Positions 17,891 to 24,966 of a stretch of DNA of 64,000 nt are shown here, piece by piece (the stretch's first letter is position 1; each line of letters opens with the position of its first letter). Made by a program: the position numbers and the translations under genes. The notes beneath the pieces were generated by a model. It saw nothing but the letters and a program-made list of their open reading frames with translations, ran no database searches and was not told the origin of the DNA. The DNA lies in the NCBI GenBank assembly GCA_003599635.1, contig QZIX01000002.1:18224-82223 (forward strand), written 5' to 3'. This stretch comes from Candidatus Parcubacteria bacterium (GTDB taxonomy: Bacteria > Patescibacteriota > Patescibacteriia > Buchananbacterales > SURF-54).

Positions 17891-19876
17891 TTAGTAACAG
17901 CCGACCCAGCGATCATTTCTTGCTTCTACTGCCGCCACGTCCCAGCCGTCGTTTAAGGTTTCCTGGTCATAAGTGGTAAGCCACAGGTTGGCATGGTATT
18001 CATTCGGCACAATCCAGCCGGAATTATACAGATCCGTCAGTTTTTTGCCGTACATATCGCCGCCGGTTGCGTAATATTTGTCCGTAATATCCACTCCGTC
18101 CCTTCTGAAATACCATCTTTCAGCCGTATTGCTTACTTTGTCAATATGTATTTCCCAGCAATACCATTTGTCGGCTAATGTGTCGACGCCGGCAGAAAAA
18201 ATATCGTCGACCAAAACGCCGTAGCCGGAAGGATGGTCGCTGCCAAAACCCAGCGACATAGTGTAATCCATCTGGTTTACCGATGTCAGCCCGAAGCTTT
18301 TGAATTCAGATGTCATCGGCGCATGAAAACGCAGATAATGTTTTGTATTTTTATTGGTGTCGATGCCTGAAAACCAGTGAGTATTGGAATGAAGATTTCC
18401 CGGCTGTACCCAGTCTTTACTGGCGCGGACATATGCCCTGATGTAAAGGTCGTCCGGGTCCCTGAAAATGTCGGGAATGTCAGATGAGCCGTTGATTTTA
18501 AGTTCCATTGTCCTGCCGTCGCCGTCAAGCCCCCCATTGCCTACGGTAACCATTTTTAAGTAATTGTTATTGCCGGGCGCTCCCGGCATAACTGCGGGAT
18601 ACTGCAATGAATTGTTGTAAAACACTTTCCAGGTCTGTTTGTCGGTGCAGTCATCGCCGTAATAGCTTTCCTCGTATTGCGACCCCAGGCCCTGGCAATA
18701 ACCGGTTTTGGTGTTCCAGCTGGAAAAGAAAAGGCAGCCGGGATCGCCTGAACAGTTCGTTTCCGGACTGCTGCACGTTTGCTGTTCCGAAGGTTTCGGA
18801 AGAACGGGACAGTAATAGGTTGAAGGGTCAGGGTCCAGGCAGGTTCTGGTCTGAATACCATTGATGCAGCTTCCCCAATCTGAACACTGCCATGATTCGG
18901 TGCAGGAAAAACAAGATGACGAACTAAGACAGTCTGAATCAGAGCAGTCTGTTTTTCCGTCGCAGTCGTTGTCATAGTTGTCCGAGCAGTTTTCAGCAAC
19001 ACAAGCCGGCTTACCGGGTTTTACAATCACAAAATACATGATATTGCCCACACAGCCGTCGCCGCAGGCGCCCAAAGAAACTTTTCCCGGCAGATAATTC
19101 TTAACGTAAATCAGGCTTTTCGATCCGGCGCTGGTAGTTAAGCTTAAACCCGTGGGGGTAAAATTTTGCGTCAGCCATAAAGGTTTTTTGCCCCAGCCCC
19201 AGGAATCTTCCCAGCCGATTACATAAACTGTTGCCGGTTCGGAAATTTCAAAACTTACGCTTAGCGATGAATTGGCTTTGTCATCCATTTTCGTCCTTAA
19301 AAGCGTTTGCCCTGAAAGTTCGGAAGAAAGCGATCTAATGGTGATAGTTCTGTCAATATACGGCTGAGATCCGGCATTGGCAATTCCGCTTTTGTATGTT
19401 GAGGGTGAAATATCCGTTAAAGTCAGGCCGGACGCCGAAAAAAAGCAGTCAGTGTCATTTTCATCGGTCCCGCCGTCGCAGTCGTTGTCAAAACCGTCCG
19501 CGCAGATTTCCGAACCCGCGCAGCAAAAATTGTCATTGCAGCCGAATTGGCAGTCGGTGCTGACCGAACGGGCATAGGTCAGACCGCCGACACCGGAGCA
19601 GTAATATTCTTTTAATGACACCGGATCCAGACAGGCGTCAGGATAACTGATGCGTCCGTTGATTAAAATTTCACCCGGTTTTTGAAAATTTATGCCACCG
19701 TCAGAATCCAGGCAGGTTTTTACTTTGGTTATGGTCGCTTTTTTGGTAGTTCTCAGCCGGGCATCAGCCGTAAAAGTAGTCACAACGCCGACAGCAATGC
19801 TTAAAGCAGCTAATGCTGCCAGAAAAGCGATCAGAGTGAATAAAACTGATTGTTTTTGTTTTATGAAGTTATCCAC
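17891..19876 (-). CDS. large Cys-rich secreted/surface protein
   Basis: N-terminal TM. Modules: CLDSDGG...LKEYYC; two DNDCDG metal-binding-type motifs (CADGFDNDCDGGTDENDTDC, CSDNYDNDCDGKTDCSDSDC); a lectin-like middle; and a C-terminal beta-rich domain. The annotated start is GTG. Confidence 0.6.
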   Translation of the reverse strand: MDNFIKQKQSVLFTLIAFLAALAALSIAVGVVTTFTADARLRTTKKATITKVKTCLDSDGGINFQKPGEILINGRISYPDACLDPVSLKEYYCSGVGGLTYARSVSTDCQFGCNDNFCCAGSEICADGFDNDCDGGTDENDTDCFFSASGLTLTDISPSTYKSGIANAGSQPYIDRTITIRSLSSELSGQTLLRTKMDDKANSSLSVSFEISEPATVYVIGWEDSWGWGKKPLWLTQNFTPTGLSLTTSAGSKSLIYVKNYLPGKVSLGACGDGCVGNIMYFVIVKPGKPACVAENCSDNYDNDCDGKTDCSDSDCLSSSSCFSCTESWQCSDWGSCINGIQTRTCLDPDPSTYYCPVLPKPSEQQTCSSPETNCSGDPGCLFFSSWNTKTGYCQGLGSQYEESYYGDDCTDKQTWKVFYNNSLQYPAVMPGAPGNNNYLKMVTVGNGGLDGDGRTMELKINGSSDIPDIFRDPDDLYIRAYVRASKDWVQPGNLHSNTHWFSGIDTNKNTKHYLRFHAPMTSEFKSFGLTSVNQMDYTMSLGFGSDHPSGYGVLVDDIFSAGVDTLADKWYCWEIHIDKVSNTAERWYFRRDGVDITDKYYATGGDMYGKKLTDLYNSGWIVPNEYHANLWLTTYDQETLNDGWDVAAVEARNDRWVGCY

Positions 19877-19877
19877 A
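19869..19877 (-). promoter_or_regulatory. perfect DnaA-box 9-mer overlapping the GTG start of the Cys-rich protein gene
   Basis: On the minus strand, TGTGGATAA contains the annotated GTG (19876..19874) and the TAA stop of a 29-codon upstream ORF. Confidence 0.4.
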
Positions 19878-20097
19878 GGTTTGTTTTTTAATTGTAAATT
19901 CCGTCAATAAAAAAAATCCTATTTGAATTAATAATATTTTAATGAAATTATAGGACATTTTCCCCTCCTATAATAAAATTGTAAGGATTTAGTGTTATTT
20001 TAGCATAAAAAGTAACATTGGACAACGAAATTTCCATTACTGTGTTGACAACAAAGGCAGTTTATTCAATTTTAATGAAGATTTGGTTAAGAAATAG

Positions 20098-20397
20098 TTA
20101 CTGCTTCCTTATATATTTTTTACAGTTTTTGCTTTTGCATAAGCATTTAAAGTTAAGGACTGTAGCGTCTTTTGAATAATCTGATGTTATCTCTTCACCT
20201 TTTTTTATTGATTTAATCGCTATGTCACTTTGTCCTCTCACTCTGGTATTAGACTCGCAGCAGTGGTTGACGTATCTTTCGGGAATTCCTTGCAAAATAT
20301 ATTGGCCTTTTTTATAGCTGGAAACATAATGTTTGAGCTTAGCAGATAGCTTTTGATATTCTCTTTTAGTTAAAATTTTTTTCGGTTTCCATTGCAA
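20098..20397 (-). CDS. SET-domain protein-lysine methyltransferase (5' part in another frame, see findings)
   Basis: Motifs YVNHCCESN (NHxCxPN-type), GEEITSDYS and post-SET CLCKSKNC (CxCx4C). In-frame codons upstream of the TTG read IKGKGVFTARNFKKGEVV, the SET N-terminus. Confidence 0.8.
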   Translation of the reverse strand: MQWKPKKILTKREYQKLSAKLKHYVSSYKKGQYILQGIPERYVNHCCESNTRVRGQSDIAIKSIKKGEEITSDYSKDATVLNFKCLCKSKNCKKYIRKQ

Positions 20398-20450
20398 TAC
20401 AACCTCGCCTTTTTTAAAATTTCTGGCGGTAAATACTCCTTTGCCTTTAA

Positions 20451-20464
20451 TTTTTTATTTTTTT
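20451..20464 (-). promoter_or_regulatory. A7-T-A6 homopolymer tract (coding strand) at the SET-gene frame break
   Basis: Plus strand reads T6-A-T7. The two reading frames of the SET gene meet here. Confidence 0.5.
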
Positions 20465-20523
20465 ACTATGACATTTGTCATTTGAAATTTTATCAGACAT
20501 TAAAAATTTGTAATTGAAAATTT

Positions 20524-21240
20524 TTAAACTATCCATTTCAGAGTTTCTTCGAACAATTTTTCTTCTGTTCCCTCTTCGCAAAAGTTATGGCTTGAGCCCC
20601 TTATTATTACATAATCGTTTTTTGGCTTTATCATTTTTAAATACGGCAGCCAGTGCTTATGGGTACCTGATTCTGCAAAGATAAACTTTATAGGCGTGTC
20701 AAGTTTTCTAATAATTTTTCCGGGCTCTCTTGCCTCTGCCCATTCATTTATCATTTTTTTATTGGCCAGGGTTTCTTTTCCCCAGCGAAGAATATATTTA
20801 TTTAAGGATTTGTTGTAAGTAATAAATTTATCTTTAGTATTGGTAAATCCTTTTGTCGGGTCCCATAAAACAATTTTTTTTATGCCCGAAAGATTAGATT
20901 TTAAAATTACCAGGGCGCCAAGGCTGTGGCCGATAAGAAAAATATTTTTGTATTTATCTTGGAATTTGTTTAAAACAAGCTTTAAGTCATTTACGTGTAT
21001 GGTTACGCACGTGTCGCTTAATTGCCGCCCATTTGGCTTTCGGCTGTAAAAATCAAAACGGAAAGTGTCGAACCCCTTTTTGGTAAAAAAAGGCACGGCA
21101 TTAAAATACTGGTGTTCCCTGGAGCTGCCTGTTAAGCCGTGCACAAATATCAGCAAAGTTCGCTTATGCTTCCCCTGCCAGTTACGCGTGCCGTAAATAA
21201 TGTGGTTGTCTTTGGTTTTAATTTTAATTTCTTGTTCCAT
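20524..21240 (-). CDS. alpha/beta-fold hydrolase
   Basis: Nucleophile elbow LIGHSLGA, HG oxyanion region (IFVHGLTGS) and a C-terminal His (SSHNF). Confidence 0.75.
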   Translation of the reverse strand: MEQEIKIKTKDNHIIYGTRNWQGKHKRTLLIFVHGLTGSSREHQYFNAVPFFTKKGFDTFRFDFYSRKPNGRQLSDTCVTIHVNDLKLVLNKFQDKYKNIFLIGHSLGALVILKSNLSGIKKIVLWDPTKGFTNTKDKFITYNKSLNKYILRWGKETLANKKMINEWAEAREPGKIIRKLDTPIKFIFAESGTHKHWLPYLKMIKPKNDYVIIRGSSHNFCEEGTEEKLFEETLKWIV

Positions 21241-21287
21241 TTGTTTAGTTGTAAGCGATAAGTTATAAGTGGCAAGTTTTTAAACAG

Positions 21288-21397
21288 TGTCATCTCGACC
21301 GATGTTACGATTATTTGGGGTGAGTGGAGAGATCTCGATATACTTTAGCTTTTTTAAAACGAGATTTCTTCCCGCGGACGCGGGACTCGAAATGACA
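21288..21397. repeat. MITE-like gene-less copy of the GIY-YIG element (two hairpin modules)
   Basis: Runs TGTCATCTCGACCG...GGAGAGATCTCG to CGAGATTTCT...CTCGAAATGACA. The left 50 nt match 25979-26028 at about 42/50 positions by eye. Confidence 0.7.
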
Positions 21398-21405
21398 ATT
21401 GTTTT

Positions 21406-21432
21406 TGTCATTCTGAGCGGCACCGAAGAATC
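21406..21432. repeat. single TGTCAT hairpin module
   Basis: Sequence TGTCATTCTGAGCGGCACCGAAGAATC with the internal inverted repeat ATTCT/AGAAT. Confidence 0.6.
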
Positions 21433-21509
21433 TAAATTATTGTTTATTTCTAAACATTCTTAGGAAGACAGGGGTTTCAAAACATCACGAAACCCCTATG
21501 AATTTGTAG

Positions 21510-21749
21510 TTAAGCGATTTGCCTTAACATTGCATGGGCTTCCCTTAACAGATTATCCCTTTGGTTTTTTATAATCTGTTTACTGTATTTCTTGGCAATG
21601 TTTCTTATTGCCGTGGCTTGCTCATGAACATTAAGGCCGTATCTTGCCAAGCAATTAATCAGCGATCTGTAAGCTGAATTGATTCTTGCTAACTCCTCAT
21701 CGGTTAGCTTTGGATTATTTATCCATTCAAGCATTGCCGCCGTAACCAT
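21510..21749 (-). CDS. hypothetical helical protein
   Basis: Track ORF 21510..21767. The internal ATG at 21749 is preceded by AAGGGGGGG (SD-like) and is the more likely start. Confidence 0.35.
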   Translation of the reverse strand: MVTAAMLEWINNPKLTDEELARINSAYRSLINCLARYGLNVHEQATAIRNIAKKYSKQIIKNQRDNLLREAHAMLRQIA

Positions 21750-21982
21750 GCAAATCCCCCCCTTCATAAGAGCAATTTTTTTGGCCTTCCTAAAAATATT
21801 TTAAATTTTTAATACATATCTTCATCATCATCTTTTTCCTTTGGCCCCTTTTCTTTTAGTTGTTTTTTGACATATTTAATAATTTCAGTTAAGTCATTTT
21901 CCAATTCCGGTGGAATTGTATCACACTGTGTATAACCCCTTATAAATTTTTTAAATACTTTCTGCTCTATATACCATTTAAA

Positions 21983-22162
21983 TTATTCTCTGCCTAAAAT
22001 TTCATTGAAAGCTTTTTTAATTTTAGTTATAGCTTCTTCCGGCAAAGGTTTTTTATGCCAAACTGAAAGCAGTAACAATTCATCCGGATTATAACCCCAG
22101 TCAGGATAATATTCTTCAGCTGGGCTTAAGGGAAAACTTAATTCTTGCTTTACATTTTCCAT
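21983..22162 (-). CDS. hypothetical 59-aa protein; its frame continues past a TAA for 57 more codons (21809..21982)
   Basis: Hand translation gives MENVKQELSFPLSPAEEYYPDWGYNPDELLLLSVWHKKPLPEEAITKIKKAFNEILGRE*. Below the track's size cut-off. Confidence 0.3.
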   Translation of the reverse strand: MENVKQELSFPLSPAEEYYPDWGYNPDELLLLSVWHKKPLPEEAITKIKKAFNEILGRE

Positions 22163-22174
22163 AAGTTTTTGTTA

Positions 22175-22250
22175 TGTCATCCTGAATTTATTTCAGGATC
22201 TAGATTCCCCGCCTTTGCAGCGATGTAGGCGAAACGGGTTCGGAATGACA
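22175..22250. repeat. two-module TGTCAT...ATGACA palindromic element
   Basis: Sequence TGTCATCCTGAATTTATTTCAGGATCTAGATTCC...GGGTTCGGAATGACA. Confidence 0.75.
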
Positions 22251-22325
22251 ATTGTTTGGGATTTATGATTTAGAAGTTGGACTTTTATTAGAAATTAGGA
22301 TTTGGAAATTTTTACTATTATCGTT

Positions 22326-22721
22326 TTATTCTTCTATATCTCTATCGCTACTCTTTCCTTTCCAATTCAGCCAGAACAAATACGCAATTAAAAACGGAAC
22401 GCCGGAAATTTGCAGGATCCAGGCCAGGTAATACCATTCAAAACCCGTTGATATCATATTCCATAAGACAAAACCAATGTAAAAAAGTCCGGCCAAAGCA
22501 AAGAAAACAGCGCCGACAATTTCTTTTTTCCAGGCAATAATTAATATAAGCAATAAAACAAATGTCGGAACATTGTGCATAAAAAGTCCGATAGCAACGT
22601 CTTTGGCGTTTGCCGCGCCTTCAAAGACATCCAGCGAAAACATCGCCAGAAACAAGATGAAGATAATGGAGAGGATTCTGGGAGTCCAGTAGATGAGTTT
22701 GTTTGTTGTTTGCTGTTCCAT
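22326..22721 (-). CDS. hypothetical 4-TM membrane protein; its 5' head is repeated twice upstream
   Basis: 131 aa with four hydrophobic segments. The N-terminus MEQQTTNKLIYWTPRILSIIF is shared with the stubs at 23463..23525 and 24074..24115. Confidence 0.5.
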   Translation of the reverse strand: MEQQTTNKLIYWTPRILSIIFILFLAMFSLDVFEGAANAKDVAIGLFMHNVPTFVLLLILIIAWKKEIVGAVFFALAGLFYIGFVLWNMISTGFEWYYLAWILQISGVPFLIAYLFWLNWKGKSSDRDIEE

Positions 22722-22742
22722 GTAATTTATACTTAAAAAATT

Positions 22743-23447
22743 TTATTTAGTTATATTTAATGTAGCTAAAGCCTGCTGGTACTGTTCATCCAATTCCTTG
22801 CTATGATATATGCAGATATAATCACTTGGGCGTTTGTCTTCACTAATCACAACTTTTTTATATTCAATGCAATAATGACTACCTTTAAGGTCACCATCTG
22901 GCCGTGGTGAACTTGTAACGACTTTGAGCAAATTTAAGCCGTTACTGTTTTTTTCTCTTTCCGTGTAGGATAAGGTAGTGTGATCGAGACCATAGCCGTT
23001 TTTATACATATTTTGAAAATATTTCTCAAGGCTCTCCGGCTCAATAATTTTTCCTTTTTCATCTCGCATATTGTAATATTCATAAATGATTTGTATGTGA
23101 AAGCGGTGAAGCGGATTATCATTTACGGCTACCCTGGCAACGACAAAGTAATTGGGCTGTTGTTCTAATTGAATTTCATCATAATCGCTTTTGATTGTAA
23201 ATTCCAGCCCTAAAGCTTTGCTAAAAATTTTAACGAATTCTCCTTGCTTTTCCTTTTGCCATGACAGATAGTTTTCTTGAGGTTTATTTATCGATCCACC
23301 ATTTTTTATTTCCTTATCTTTTTTAACGTTAACGTTAATTTGTTGGTTTAACCTTGCTTGCTGTTTTTTCTGGTATAAAGCGAAGCCACTGATTGCTATA
23401 ATTGTTGCAATTAGTATTATTAGCACTGGTACAACGATTTTTTTCAT
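22743..23447 (-). CDS. hypothetical secreted/anchored protein
   Basis: 234 aa with an N-terminal MKKIVVPVLIILIATIIAISGFAL signal/anchor. No motif recognised. Confidence 0.5.
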   Translation of the reverse strand: MKKIVVPVLIILIATIIAISGFALYQKKQQARLNQQINVNVKKDKEIKNGGSINKPQENYLSWQKEKQGEFVKIFSKALGLEFTIKSDYDEIQLEQQPNYFVVARVAVNDNPLHRFHIQIIYEYYNMRDEKGKIIEPESLEKYFQNMYKNGYGLDHTTLSYTEREKNSNGLNLLKVVTSSPRPDGDLKGSHYCIEYKKVVISEDKRPSDYICIYHSKELDEQYQQALATLNITK

Positions 23448-23462
23448 AGATTTATAGTTATA

Positions 23463-23525
23463 TTAAATAAATAAGATTGAAAGAATTCTGGGAGTCCAGT
23501 AGATAAATTTGTTGTTTTTTTGCAT
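23463..23525 (-). repeat. 20-codon stub duplicating the 5' head of gene 22326..22721
   Basis: MQKNNKFIYWTPRILSILFI* versus MEQQTTNKLIYWTPRILSIIFI... of the full gene, with a 20-nt identical core ATCTACTGGACTCCCAGAAT. Confidence 0.8.
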
Positions 23526-23545
23526 ATGATAAATTAAATTTTAAA

Positions 23546-24040
23546 CTATCTGATTATTTTTGCGTCTTTGGGCAATTCTTTCTGTATTATTCCCAAATCA
23601 GTTTCGGAATAATCATTTCCGGAAATATCAAGGGTTCTTAAATTTTTTAGATTTCCCAACTCATATGGCAGTCCGGTAAGCTTATTATTAGATAAATCTA
23701 ATACCTGCAGGTTTTGCAATTGTCCGATTTCTGCCGGGACTCCTGTCATCTGGTTATTGCTCATATCAAGGATTTTTAAGTTTTGAAGATGCCTGATTTC
23801 CGCCTGTACGGCGCCGGTTAACTGATTGTTTGAAACATCCAGTTCTTCCAGGCTTGTTCGGTTAAAGACATACTCCGGAATTTTTTGCAGGTTTTGATTG
23901 CTTAAGTCTAATTTTTTTGTTTTCGGTGTATCACTCTGGTTTTTGTTTTCATTTTCTATAGAGACTTGTTTTTGAGGCGGCAGTAATGAACAACCGTTTA
24001 GCAATAATGCGATAATCATTGTGAATAGTATTTTTTTCAT
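23546..24040 (-). CDS. leucine-rich-repeat lipoprotein
   Basis: Lipobox LLLNGC, then about 5 LRR units (LxxLxLSNNxLTGxPxEIGxLxNL). Confidence 0.8.
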   Translation of the reverse strand: MKKILFTMIIALLLNGCSLLPPQKQVSIENENKNQSDTPKTKKLDLSNQNLQKIPEYVFNRTSLEELDVSNNQLTGAVQAEIRHLQNLKILDMSNNQMTGVPAEIGQLQNLQVLDLSNNKLTGLPYELGNLKNLRTLDISGNDYSETDLGIIQKELPKDAKIIR

Positions 24041-24073
24041 ATATTTTAAGTTATATAATTAAAATTGATAATG

Positions 24074-24115
24074 TTAAGTCATCCAGTAGATGAGTTTGTT
24101 TTTGGTTTGATTCAT
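24074..24115 (-). repeat. 13-codon stub duplicating the 5' head of gene 22326..22721
   Basis: MNQTKNKLIYWMT*, with a 19-nt identical core AACAAACTCATCTACTGGA. Confidence 0.8.
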
Positions 24116-24191
24116 AAATTTTTACGATGGCTGTTAGCTAAAATTATTTTATTGGATTGTGCAAATTTGATAAACCGTATCAGGCTTCATT

Positions 24192-24950
24192 TCAATTCTT
24201 ATCTAGGTTGCTTGATTTTAGGTAATCTAATAAGGCTGGACTTATTGATATAGTTTGATTTCCTTCTTTAATAACAAGAGTCATATCTGCAATTGCTTTG
24301 TATAACTTGAATGCTGCTAAGATTGTTTTATTAGCATCACCTTTCTGTTGGCGAGTATCATATTCCCATGAATGCAAGTATTTATTTCTAATGTTCCTTA
24401 TTACTTCAAATTGTTCATAAATTTTTCCCCCAATTGTTTTGATTGCAAGCAAAATATTTTCTCTTCTTATTTGTCTTATATCCTCAAAACTTTGTCCAAA
24501 CAATTTTTTTTCATCTTCTTCTGTAATTTTTTGTCCTCTTATATTGAAATTGCTCATTTTCCAAATAAGAAGAGTTAGCATTTCGCTAATTATTCCTGAT
24601 AATGCTATACAAGATAGGTATTCCCCTAGACAGTACTGCCTTTTTGCAGAAATCAATGGGTCAATGATTCGTTCAATAATATTTTGATAACTAGGAGTTA
24701 TTGTTACATGCGTTTCTTGGGTTGTTATTTCAGTATATCTTTTTAAAATATCTTGATTTATGGTAGTTATGGGTCTTTCGAAAAAATATTCAAGTTGGGT
24801 TACGGTATGTTTTATAGCTTGGTTTGTTGACGGAGACAACAAGTCATCAATTTTACAATTTTCGATAAAAGGGCCAAAGGAGCTATTAATTCTTAATAAT
24901 ACCCTATCCTTTTCTTCATTCTCTTTTTTTTGATCTATGTTTTTAGTCAT
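24192..24950 (-). CDS. HEPN-like protein (Rx4H motif), putative RNase/toxin component
   Basis: 252 aa, all-helical in character. FEVIRNIRNKYLHSW contains R188-N-K-Y-L-H193, the RNxxxH form of the HEPN motif. No search was run. Confidence 0.4.
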   Translation of the reverse strand: MTKNIDQKKENEEKDRVLLRINSSFGPFIENCKIDDLLSPSTNQAIKHTVTQLEYFFERPITTINQDILKRYTEITTQETHVTITPSYQNIIERIIDPLISAKRQYCLGEYLSCIALSGIISEMLTLLIWKMSNFNIRGQKITEEDEKKLFGQSFEDIRQIRRENILLAIKTIGGKIYEQFEVIRNIRNKYLHSWEYDTRQQKGDANKTILAAFKLYKAIADMTLVIKEGNQTISISPALLDYLKSSNLDKN

Positions 24951-24966
24951 ATAGAATAATTTAAAT

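Noticed and set aside
18313-19002. Long alternative-frame ORFs (18313..18537, 18556..19002, 18607..18864) inside the Cys-rich protein gene
   Set aside because: They are explained by the locally high GC content, which gives few stop codons in off frames. Their translations are Arg/Pro/Ala-rich and overlap a coherent 661-aa ORF.
2827-19877. The DnaA boxes as a replication origin
   Set aside because: Five boxes spread over 17 kb with single copies per intergenic region do not make an oriC-type cluster. No dnaA/dnaN, AT-rich unwinding element or box array is present. They are retained as a promoter-associated motif instead.
20468-20481. Palindrome ATGACATTTGTCAT in the SET gene leader, considered as an additional copy of the TGTCAT/ATGACA element junction
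   Set aside because: Only the 6-nt termini match. None of the internal hairpin sequence of the repeat family is present, so chance or a heavily eroded remnant cannot be told apart. It is mentioned under the SET finding only.
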